Shown: positions 10,401 to 17,994, counted from the stretch's first letter. The stretch is 64,000 nt of DNA from Fidelibacterota bacterium (GCA_046735395.1 JBJKQR010000012.1:160001-224000); one strand, 5' to 3'. Translations and numbers: made by a program. Notes: generated from the letters alone by a model not told the origin.

Positions 10401-10908
10401 TCTTGCTCGTTCTATAGGTGTTAAAAGTCGACAAGTTTCAATGCTCTTATTTGAAAGGTCAAATTATCTTGAAGGTAAAAAGTTCATTAGGTGGGTTTCA
10501 AATTTGACTAATATTGAAATTGAATCTTTGGATATTTCAGTATTTGACAAGGAAAACCTGAAAGATGTATCCTTGAAATTGTCCCCTAATAGTTTTAGGA
10601 CAACTGTAAATGAGTTTAAGTTCAATATTAAAGGAACCTTTTTCACAAAAGAATGGTCAGAATTATCACGAGAAATAGAAATAAATGAATCATTAAATTA
10701 TAAAAGAGAAGAACATAATGAATTTGACCCTTATGCAATTCTTATTATGAAAGGAGATAATTCAGTTGGCTATGTTCCTCGAGAGTATTCAAAACTAATA
10801 TCTTCTGAAATAGATATTGATGATACAAGATATAATATCAATGTTACTAAAATCAATGAAAAGGAAAGCTATAATGAAATTGAAGTTCAAATGAATAAAA
10901 TAGAATAG
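7480..10908 (+). CDS. hamB: Hachiman HamB-like SF2 (Ski2-like) helicase with C-terminal HIRAN-like domain
   Basis: MPTSAGKT, APFRAL, ATPEK, VVIDEGQ, ISAV, STNTVGQGLNFP, GRAGRAG; C-terminal KREEHNEFDPYAI...VGYVPRE. Confidence 0.75.
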   Translation: MNKDEYISELKTDIYTLINEYKLNNHKSQAFAWKLNAAFNRTFDENYLWNRALFLATNSCFLLQNNAYKKTAIKGLYESAEIYEYLSELPEISEKFDKDYLQVLSALCYDLSGYQSNAFCVADRIKNLELITDKEDLELSIDNKIIEQIRLILLKKIPLANNKLNDSRLEEDYGYSLFLKAVGEWYEYLLKLNEDDYLLSLEQVYKHYLYSKNTYISHLLFLLKTRIKISNERSIWNNLKSNEWIASNSQWKKYVKLLAYDYYAINSIKDINQRKSIFEFWTSQIRAIENGLIVQDENFVVQMPTSAGKTFIAELSILKYLIKYPNKKCVYVAPFRALTSEKEIELSKYFSKLGFSVSSLSGSYEIDEFQDVVLSDSDLLIATPEKIDLLLRLNPDFFKNVAFVVIDEGQIIGDISTRATLLEFLIIRLRIKIPEIKTLFISAVMPPENANEYSLWLSGTPDNVLRSLKFDDSNTNDEWEPTRKLISYFEWVGEHGDITFQNVETEDEKTRVKQGAKLYSFLKHKEFGNKFPKKKNKKESAAALAYKFSEDGNTLVFCAQVPRIKSVATSFLELLSEIDDLPERFQIDSNRKSSYYANLWFGSESYITQSIQHGIGIHYGDMPEQVRNAVEDDFRNGKLKVLLSTNTVGQGLNFPIKNLIFYETQINRVNDTNIYIQFRDFWNIVGRAGRAGKETEGNIIFIINTATDRRLYEGYINKENIEDADSLFFKVVDALENRVGYRDRNFNSDLSILSETYLLDLLSEEIIGTEYEEIIEKIINNSLFKVQLDKRGYDVEPIKRGFNRIFKSFEDDSTYEQLSIYRITGFSYKSNKIIDEFISEHLDDLSAITEEDNYLEIVKIFLRLITENDIDELEDYKLDNLNIVPEDYYDIIEQWISGTTIHELITLWQKSKNKKVYELHIFISKAMYYLYPWGFSSFLLILAYKLNIQYEDFPENIKNLTSYIKFGVNNSTSCLARSIGVKSRQVSMLLFERSNYLEGKKFIRWVSNLTNIEIESLDISVFDKENLKDVSLKLSPNSFRTTVNEFKFNIKGTFFTKEWSELSREIEINESLNYKREEHNEFDPYAILIMKGDNSVGYVPREYSKLISSEIDIDDTRYNINVTKINEKESYNEIEVQMNKIE

Positions 10909-10950
10909 TCTGCCCTTCGCATCCAGTTAGCTGATTTTTATGACAGTGGG

Positions 10951-11373
10951 ATGATTGACAGGTTTCAACCCAATGGTGTGCAGTTCTCTGGCAGGGGTTG
11001 GGGCGATGAGTTTTCCTTCCAATATGAAAGCAGTGACGGATACCGCTTTGTCCGGGGTCATGATGACTATTATTACTATGCAGAGTTAGGCGCACAGGGT
11101 GATTTCATATCCTCCGGACTGAAAATTGGCATGGACCCGGCACCTGCATCTTCTTATCATTTAAGCCGTGGCGTTGAAAGAGAAATGGAAATGGAAAATG
11201 AAAGAAGCGCAGTTAATGATTATGTAAACTCCAATTTACTGGACTATAAAGTAAAAATGGACTATTTGGATGCAACGAAATCTGGCATACCACACGAGAC
11301 CCGCTTGGCTGTCATTTGCGTGGAATTCCCGGATCAATTAGGGAGTAAAACAGAAACGATTTCAGAAATTTAA
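10951..11373 (+). pseudogene. Fragment resembling the N-terminus of an M6-family (immune inhibitor A-like) metalloprotease
   Basis: QPNG..F...GWGDEF....ESSDGY......YYYYA and LAVICVEFPD motifs; no signal peptide; stops before any HExxH. Confidence 0.55.
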
Positions 11374-11570
11374 CTACAGGGAAATTTAAATTCAATTAGT
11401 GTCGTATCACTCTAAAGGAATTGACTCTCATATTGACGATTTATTCGGGATTGGTGGACGGGAAATCCATATTTCCTTTTGTTAAGTTCGGAGCATTTTA
11501 TAAATTAGATAAAATGGGATTAAGTATTAATGATGAAGGTATTATCTAATTATATGTTCAGAGGAGATGT

Positions 11571-13007
11571 ATGAAAGCACGAAACGTCTTGTTTATCGGA
11601 ATGATGGCAGCGTTCAGCTTCTACGGCTGTTCGAAACTTGTTGAAGTGGACGAACATGCGCCGGAAGCCACAGGAGACTGCCTTGATTGCCATGCCAGTC
11701 AGAATATTCTGCAGAAACTGGTGGCTCAGGAGGAAAATACAAGTTCAGGAGGTGGTTGAGGCGGCACAGTGGAGGAGGTTCCTTCATGGCAGAAGAAATA
11801 TGTGAATGCCTTTACCAGTGATCCGAATCATGGCGACCTGTCCTGTACACTCTGTCACGGCAGCGGTATTACTGCGGGCGAGGACGGAGATATGCACGAA
11901 GGTGCTGCGGCCAGCGGTGATTTCATCGCCAATCCGGCTGTGGATCCGGTGAAATCCTGCGGACAGAGCGATGACTGTCACGTTTCCATTGCTGAAAATT
12001 TCAAATATTCACTGCACTTTGCAGTATACGGTGAAAAGAATGCCATCGCGGCCCGGGAAGGTGTGAGCACCTTTGAGGAATGTCCTCAGGCCATTCAGGA
12101 CGGCCATGCCAGCGAATGTTCGGCCTGTCATGCCAGCTGCGGTGACTGTCATATCTCCCGGCCTCAGTCGGTGGGAGGCGGACTGGTATCCGGCCATCGT
12201 TTCAACCGTACGCCCAGCCAGACCGAAAACTGTCAGGCCTGCCACGGATCCCGCATCGCGGTGGATTTCGAAGGGCATACGCTGACGGATACGACCAATC
12301 TGGTCTACGACAACGAACCGAATTACGAGACGAAGCCGGACGTTCATGCGTCCATCGCTCATAACGCCGGTTTCACGAACGAATGCCTGATGTGCCATCA
12401 GGAAGAGGAAATGCATCACGGGATCGCCGAGGCGGACCGGAATACGGTGAACCGCTACAATTATTCCGAAGCGCCCACCTGTATGAAATGCCATGATCCG
12501 CTGCCGGATAATCTCTTCCATACCCAGCACGCAAAAACCAAGACTGCCGGTACGGAACTGCAGTGTCAGATCTGTCACAGCCAGCCCTATGACAACTGCG
12601 ACGGCTGCCACGTGGGCAACGAATGGCAGACCGATCCGGTCTATCAGGCCCGGAATCCCTATTACGGATTCAAGATTGCCAAGAATCCCCTGAAGGATGT
12701 GAACGGCCGGACGGAAGATTATGTGCTCGTCCGCCATGTTCCCGTATCCGAGGATACCTACGCCAACTGGGGCGTGAACAGTATCGCGGCCTATGATCAG
12801 GTGCCCACCTGGAAATACGCCACACCTCATAATATCGTCAAGAACACGCCGCAGACCGCGGCCTGCGCGGCCAACTGCCACGCGTCTTCGACCGCAAACC
12901 AGCAGCTGTTTCTGACGACGTCCTTCCTGCAGGAATACTTCCCCAATGAAGTCACTGCCAATTCCAGCATCGTCATGGACGGAAAATTCTGGGGGGTGCT
13001 CAAATGA
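11571..13007 (+). CDS. Multiheme cytochrome c lipoprotein, probable selenoprotein (Sec at codon 63, TGA 11757-11759), 478 aa
   Basis: RBS GAGGAG; lipobox FYG-C20; ORFs 11571-11759 and 11769-13007 share a frame and are separated only by TGA-GGC-GGC-ACA; 9 CxxCH plus CX5CH and CX3CH; SECIS-like hairpin follows. Confidence 0.85.
11769..11787 (+). promoter_or_regulatory. Bacterial SECIS-like element
   Basis: GTGGAGGA-GGT-TCCTTCAT: 8-bp stem (two G-U pairs), GGU apical loop starting 17 nt after the TGA. Confidence 0.7.
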
Positions 13008-14254
13008 AAAAGCGATTATTACTCATTCTCATGACCGCTTCCCTGCTGTCCGCGGCGGTGAAGGTGGATCTGGATTACAGCGGTTCGGCTGTATTTCTGA
13101 ACCGGGGCGGAGACGGCCAGTCAGCTGTTAGCATGGAAGAGATCAAAGGGGACCTGGCCGGTCAGCTCACTGAGCCTACGACCCTCTTCCGGCTCTACAA
13201 TGCGGCCGCCGTGAACGTACACGTATCGGACCGGTTCCGGATCTACACCCGGCTGCGCCATGCCTACAGCTTTTATGCTGATGACATGTATACGCCTTTT
13301 GCCCTCAACCGCTTCTATGCGGATTACCGGGGCGACACGTTCAGGATCAGGGCCGGACGCTTCTTCGCGACGGACCGGACGGTCCGTCATGCCATTGATG
13401 GCGCTGCCCTTGACCTGAAATTCAATAAATCCATGCCGACGCATCTGGCTTACGGAGCCCAGGCGCCGTCGGTCTACAGCCGTGTGGCTGCCCCCGATTT
13501 TTACGGGAGACAGTATATCGTGCTTCGTCAGGGAATTCCGGTCGGATCCCTCGGATCGCTGAGCGGGGAATTCACCTACATTCTGGATCACGATGCGGCA
13601 GAAGCCTACCAGCGTATCCTGGCCGCCACCTGGCGCAGCCATCTCGCCGGCTTTGCTGTTCATGCCTACGGTGAATACCGCATGACCGACAGCAAACTGG
13701 GAAATTCGGTTCTGAGCCTGACGCGGGCCTTCGGATCGAAACTGCTGGTGAATGCCGATTACCGGACCGTCCTGCAGAGGGATTTTGTCATTGATCCGGA
13801 AAATGATCTCTACTTCAGCGGCAGCACCTATGATGTGCTGCGGGCCGGGGCTTTCTATGAGCTCAATCATAAGTTCGGACTCGAAGTCTCCCAGCTCACG
13901 ACCTTCTATGAAGAAGAGGTCTGGAGCAACACCACGCTTCAGCTCGTGGGACGGGAATTCGGCGGCATCGGACTTGCCTATGTCCTTAATCCTGACGGCA
14001 GGGAACTGGAAATGTCCGCCAGACTGGCCCACAGTTTCTTCGAAAAACTGAAGGTGGAAGCAGGCCTGAACTATATCACCGAGGCATCGACCTTCGAGGA
14101 TGAATCGCTGAACGGAACGGGTACCTATCTGGGAGCTACCTACAAGGTCCTGAAGGGGCTGGATGCCGGACTGAAAATATTCCAGATGCAGTCACCCCAG
14201 TTCGACTCACGGACCCGGGCCCTCTTTAATCTAAACTACAGGGTGTCGTTATGA
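13004..14254 (+). CDS. Putative outer-membrane porin of a porin-cytochrome complex
   Basis: Signal peptide, amphipathic aromatic-rich beta strands, C-terminal LFNLNYRVSL; ATGA overlaps with cytochrome genes on both sides. Confidence 0.7.
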   Translation: MKKRLLLILMTASLLSAAVKVDLDYSGSAVFLNRGGDGQSAVSMEEIKGDLAGQLTEPTTLFRLYNAAAVNVHVSDRFRIYTRLRHAYSFYADDMYTPFALNRFYADYRGDTFRIRAGRFFATDRTVRHAIDGAALDLKFNKSMPTHLAYGAQAPSVYSRVAAPDFYGRQYIVLRQGIPVGSLGSLSGEFTYILDHDAAEAYQRILAATWRSHLAGFAVHAYGEYRMTDSKLGNSVLSLTRAFGSKLLVNADYRTVLQRDFVIDPENDLYFSGSTYDVLRAGAFYELNHKFGLEVSQLTTFYEEEVWSNTTLQLVGREFGGIGLAYVLNPDGRELEMSARLAHSFFEKLKVEAGLNYITEASTFEDESLNGTGTYLGATYKVLKGLDAGLKIFQMQSPQFDSRTRALFNLNYRVSL

Positions 14255-15099
14255 AAAAGATCATGAATTCCATCATCCTGTCGCTTGTCGTAATGGCGGG
14301 CGCCCTGTCAGCTGAAAATGCCATTGAATTCTCGCATGAGCTTCATGTGGGGGAAATGGAAATCGAATGCAGCCAGTGTCATGAAGGGGTTCCGGAAAGT
14401 ACAGCCGGAACGGATGATCTCTTTACCTTCAGCCACGATGCCTGTTACGACTGCCATGCCGACGATATTGACGGGAACTGCGAAACCTGTCATACGAATG
14501 TGGATGACAATCCCACCTTTCCGCGCATCACCACCCCCATTCCCGGATTTTCCCACAAAATGCATCTGGAAAAAGGGGATATCACCTGCACGACCTGTCA
14601 TGAAGGTATTGCCGAGAGTTCATCACCCGATGACAAGACGGTGGCGAAATTCTCCACCTGCTATGCCTGTCATGAGGAACTGGGAGCCAAACCGGAGTCC
14701 CATGAACTGCACTGGGAAGCGCTGCACGGCGTCACGGCGGCTGCGGATGACGGCGAAAGCTGCTCTGCCTGCCATCGGGACGAAACCTGTATATCCTGCC
14801 ATGAAGGCGACAATACAGCCTTCCAGGTTCATCCCCAGAACTTCCTCCTGATTCACAAGACCGAGTTCATGACGGCCAATATGGAATGCGAAACCTGTCA
14901 CGAACATGACGAATGCGTGGAATGTCACCGCGTCAATGACGTGAAACCGCTGAACCACTCTTCCTCGAACTGGCTCAATTTCGGCCGGGGTGAGGGAGGC
15001 GGAAACCATGCCGCCATGGGTGCATCCCGCATCGAATACTGCATGGCCTGCCATGAATCCGCGGATGAAGAACCCATCTGCGTTGTCTGTCACAAATAA
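14251..15099 (+). CDS. Periplasmic 11-heme cytochrome c (c3/c7-like repeats)
   Basis: Signal peptide (LSA|E); 11 CxxCH; two FSHxxH...CxxCH repeats. Confidence 0.9.
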   Translation: MKKIMNSIILSLVVMAGALSAENAIEFSHELHVGEMEIECSQCHEGVPESTAGTDDLFTFSHDACYDCHADDIDGNCETCHTNVDDNPTFPRITTPIPGFSHKMHLEKGDITCTTCHEGIAESSSPDDKTVAKFSTCYACHEELGAKPESHELHWEALHGVTAAADDGESCSACHRDETCISCHEGDNTAFQVHPQNFLLIHKTEFMTANMECETCHEHDECVECHRVNDVKPLNHSSSNWLNFGRGEGGGNHAAMGASRIEYCMACHESADEEPICVVCHK

Positions 15100-15154
15100 T
15101 CCCTTGCCTCGCACAGGGTGAAAACGTATCTTAAAATAAAATAAGGAGCTCCCC

Positions 15155-15646
15155 ATGAAGAAGTTGTTTTCAATCCTCCTGATGGCCGTGTTCGTGTTAT
15201 CGGCGTCCTCGCTCTTCGCCGGTGATTACAACGGTGCGTCAAAATGTATCATGTGCCATAAAAAACGGAATGAATCGCACGTGACGAAAGTCCAGGCCAT
15301 GAAGCACTGGAAAGCCTTTGAATCGCTGAAAGCCGAAGATCAGAAAAAAGCCGAATGCGTGGTCTGTCATACGACCGGTTTCGGTAACGGCGGGTATGAA
15401 ATCAAGGATGCCGCCTTCTGGGCAAATACGGCTGACAAAGCAGTCAAGCATATGGCCGATCTGCAGTTCGTCGGGTGTGAAGCCTGCCATACGGATCTGA
15501 CCAATGCCGAAAATTTTTCAAATCACAAGAAAAGAGCCTACAAGCCGGTCATGCCCACGGAAGAAACCTGCAAGACCTGCCATAATAAAAAGAGCCCGAA
15601 TTTCAAGGAAGTGAATTTCAAGGAAGAAATGGAAAAATTGAAATAA
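15155..15646 (+). CDS. Tetraheme cytochrome c (c554-like)
   Basis: Signal peptide; YNGASKCIMCH, CVVCHTTG, VGCEACH, CKTCH; lysine-rich; RBS AAGGAG. Confidence 0.85.
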   Translation: MKKLFSILLMAVFVLSASSLFAGDYNGASKCIMCHKKRNESHVTKVQAMKHWKAFESLKAEDQKKAECVVCHTTGFGNGGYEIKDAAFWANTADKAVKHMADLQFVGCEACHTDLTNAENFSNHKKRAYKPVMPTEETCKTCHNKKSPNFKEVNFKEEMEKLK

Positions 15647-15669
15647 GCTTCGGAATGAGGTTAGTTTAT

Positions 15670-15698
15670 AAGCCGCCTTCAACCAGGCGGCTTTTTTT
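15670..15698 (+). terminator. Rho-independent terminator closing the cytochrome operon
   Basis: AAGCCGCCT-TCAACC-AGGCGGCTT followed by a T run. Confidence 0.85.
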
Positions 15699-15710
15699 AT
15701 TCCCTGAATT

Positions 15711-15760
15711 TGTAACAAATTCTGACAGTGTCGGGAGGATGAGTGTAACGATTCGTTACA
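15711..15760. promoter_or_regulatory. Two TGT-N11-ACA candidate enhancer-binding-protein sites
   Basis: TGTAACAAATTCTGACA (15711-15727) and the palindrome TGTAACG-ATT-CGTTACA (15744-15760). Confidence 0.55.
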
Positions 15761-15889
15761 ATAGTCGCTTCGGGTATGAATTGAAAAAACAGGTCTGGCC
15801 CGGCCTGAAAGCAGTAAGGGGAGCGCTTTCGGACTGAAATCGGGTAATCCAGGCCCGAATACGGCAAAAAGAGCCTGAAACCCGCATTC

Positions 15890-15904
15890 TGGCATGGAGC
15901 TTGT
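15890..15904 (+). promoter_or_regulatory. Candidate sigma-54 (-24/-12) promoter of the pilin cluster
   Basis: TGGCAT-GGAGC-TTGT versus consensus TGGCAC-N5-TTGC; exact GG-N10-G spacing, GT instead of GC at -12. Confidence 0.55.
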
Positions 15905-15918
15905 AGCAGGATAACGAT

Positions 15919-16428
15919 ATGACGAGCGTGAAAACACATGCATCCGGTTTTACCATCCTTGAGCTGGTCATCGTCATTTCCATTCTCGGTACCCTGGCGG
16001 CCTTTGCCATTCCGTCATTTATTCATATCAATCAGGAAGCGAAAGTGAACAAGGCCATGACCGATATCAATACACTCGGATCGGCGGTGGTACAGAAATT
16101 TCATGAACTGGCCGGCCTGTCGTCCGAGTGGCCCACCCTGGCCAATGCCAAATCCATGTCTGCTATTACGAACAGTACAGTCCTTTTTTACGAAAAGACG
16201 AATTATTCCACCATTTACTGGGCGGATCTCTTTCAGTCCAAGACGGTACCGCTCTGTCCCATTGACAAACAGCCCTATCTCATGAATGTGATCAATACCG
16301 GATCGGTGAATTATATCTCCGCGCCCGGCGGATCGGTGATGGCGAATATTGTGGACCCGGAGTTCAAGATTCTCTGGATTTCCCAATCCGCGCCGCCGGA
16401 TACCCTGTCCGCCGTATTCCGGCCATGA
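15919..16428 (+). CDS. Type IV pilin/pseudopilin-like protein 1
   Basis: Class III signal SG|FTILELVIV with E5 and hydrophobic helix. Confidence 0.85.
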   Translation: MTSVKTHASGFTILELVIVISILGTLAAFAIPSFIHINQEAKVNKAMTDINTLGSAVVQKFHELAGLSSEWPTLANAKSMSAITNSTVLFYEKTNYSTIYWADLFQSKTVPLCPIDKQPYLMNVINTGSVNYISAPGGSVMANIVDPEFKILWISQSAPPDTLSAVFRP

Positions 16429-16472
16429 TAAAAATTGATTGAATTGAAAAAAAAGCAATGAAGGAGACGACC

Positions 16473-16919
16473 ATGAACAAGAAAGGTTTTACACTCATCG
16501 AACTCATTATGGTGATCGCCATTCTGGGTATCCTTGCCGCCTACGCAGTACCGAAATTCTTTGACCTCACCACCACGGCAAAGACAAAAACCATGCAGCA
16601 GATGCAGACCGAGATCAACAGCGGGATCCGCATGTATGGCGTGAAGGAACTGGCTGAAACCGGAGTCCGCCTTTTCCCGAATCCCAAATCCGCCGATGCG
16701 GCTACCATGCTCGATGCAGTACTGGATGATTATGATGCAGCGAAGCTGAGCTACCTGCCGGCTACGACCGATTCAACCGGCACCGGTGTATTCACCTATG
16801 ATGAAAACGGGGATTTGACCGCCGAGTATTACCTGACCTATACGTGTGCGCCCGGACTCACGGGATATACTCTGGCCCCAAAATTTGAAAATGGTGACGG
16901 AGCAAGCGCGGTTCAGTAA
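16473..16919 (+). CDS. Type IV pilin-like protein 2 (candidate major pilin)
   Basis: MNKKG|FTLIELIMVIAILGILAA; strong RBS AAGGAG; hairpin after the stop. Confidence 0.9.
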   Translation: MNKKGFTLIELIMVIAILGILAAYAVPKFFDLTTTAKTKTMQQMQTEINSGIRMYGVKELAETGVRLFPNPKSADAATMLDAVLDDYDAAKLSYLPATTDSTGTGVFTYDENGDLTAEYYLTYTCAPGLTGYTLAPKFENGDGASAVQ

Positions 16920-16940
16920 GACGCTCAATGTGTATTGATG

Positions 16941-16964
16941 ACAGGGAGGGGCAACCCTCCCTGT
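16941..16964 (+). terminator. Intra-cluster GNRA hairpin (partial terminator or mRNA stabiliser)
   Basis: ACAGGGAGGG-GCAA-CCCTCCCTGT with only a short T tail. Confidence 0.6.
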
Positions 16965-16985
16965 TTCGTAAAGGATTCAGGAAAT

Positions 16986-17441
16986 ATGAACGGAGACAGG
17001 ACGATGCGAAGAGCACGGGTTCAGGGAGGATTTTCTCTCATTGAGCTGCTGGTGGTCATTGGTATCATGACGCTTTTCGCCGTCATCGCCCTGCCCAAGT
17101 ATTCCGATATCACGGCCCGGGCCAAGCTGGCCAAGACGAAGATGAATCTGCTCAATATCAAGAACGGATTCACGAATTACTATTATGACAGCATGCTGAA
17201 GGGAGGCGACGCCGTGTTTCCGCCCTTTCCGCCCGACAGCCTGCTCACCCGGGAATGGGCGACGGCCACGGTGATGGACGACGGCCGGACTGTGGCATCC
17301 CTCTTTTCCGAGGGAAATATCATTTATAATCCCAACAACAATCCCTATGTTTATTCCGACCTTCCGCAGACGGACACGGAAAATAAGGGATTTGCACTCC
17401 GTGATACGGATTTCAAGGTTGAGATACACTTCCGCCCCTGA
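16986..17441 (+). CDS. Type IV pilin/pseudopilin-like protein 3
   Basis: QGG|FSLIELLVVIGI; exact start uncertain. Confidence 0.85.
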   Translation: MNGDRTMRRARVQGGFSLIELLVVIGIMTLFAVIALPKYSDITARAKLAKTKMNLLNIKNGFTNYYYDSMLKGGDAVFPPFPPDSLLTREWATATVMDDGRTVASLFSEGNIIYNPNNNPYVYSDLPQTDTENKGFALRDTDFKVEIHFRP

Positions 17442-17502
17442 AGGGGAACCGCCTGCACAGGTCGGTTCCGGGCCGAATTAATGGTTTAAAATTTGAAGAA
17501 AT

Positions 17503-17994
17503 ATGGATGATCTGAAGAGAAAAGACGGTCAGGCTCTGCGGGGTTTCACTCTCATTGAACTGATCGTTGTCATAGTACTGATCGGGGTCGTATCCATGGT
17601 GGCCTATCCGCGCATCGCCGATTATTACGCGGGAGTCCGGGCCGGCCAGGGGATTCGGACTCTGGCTCAGGATCTGGAATATGCCGAATTCTATGCACGC
17701 ACGCATGCCGACACGGTGTGGGTCGTCCTGGATCCCGGCAGCAATGCCTATTCAATATTTGCCGGTGACAGCACGGAAGCCCGGCAGCTCCTGCTCCATC
17801 CGCAGAACAGCGGAAATTTCGTCGTGCAATTCGGTGCCGGGGATCATGTGAGCCTCCAGTCCACGACCTTTGCCGGGAATACTCTGATCATTGATAAAAA
17901 CGGTTACCCGGTACAGGGCGGAATGGCTGTCCTCAACGGGAGTCATACCGTATCTGTCGCCTCCGGAACGGGAAGGGTGGCCGTCGATGAATAA
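17503..17994 (+). CDS. Minor pilin, FimT/GspH-like
   Basis: RG|FTLIELIVV; LAQDLEYA..YA helix; C-terminal V...TGRV. Confidence 0.8.
   Translation: MDDLKRKDGQALRGFTLIELIVVIVLIGVVSMVAYPRIADYYAGVRAGQGIRTLAQDLEYAEFYARTHADTVWVVLDPGSNAYSIFAGDSTEARQLLLHPQNSGNFVVQFGAGDHVSLQSTTFAGNTLIIDKNGYPVQGGMAVLNGSHTVSVASGTGRVAVDE

Noticed and set aside
11757..11759. Genome-wide TGA reassignment (code 4/25) as the explanation for the in-frame TGA
   Set aside because: TGA terminates many conserved genes at their expected ends (slyD, rpoZ, coaBC, purS, purQ), and no other gene here shows an internal TGA.
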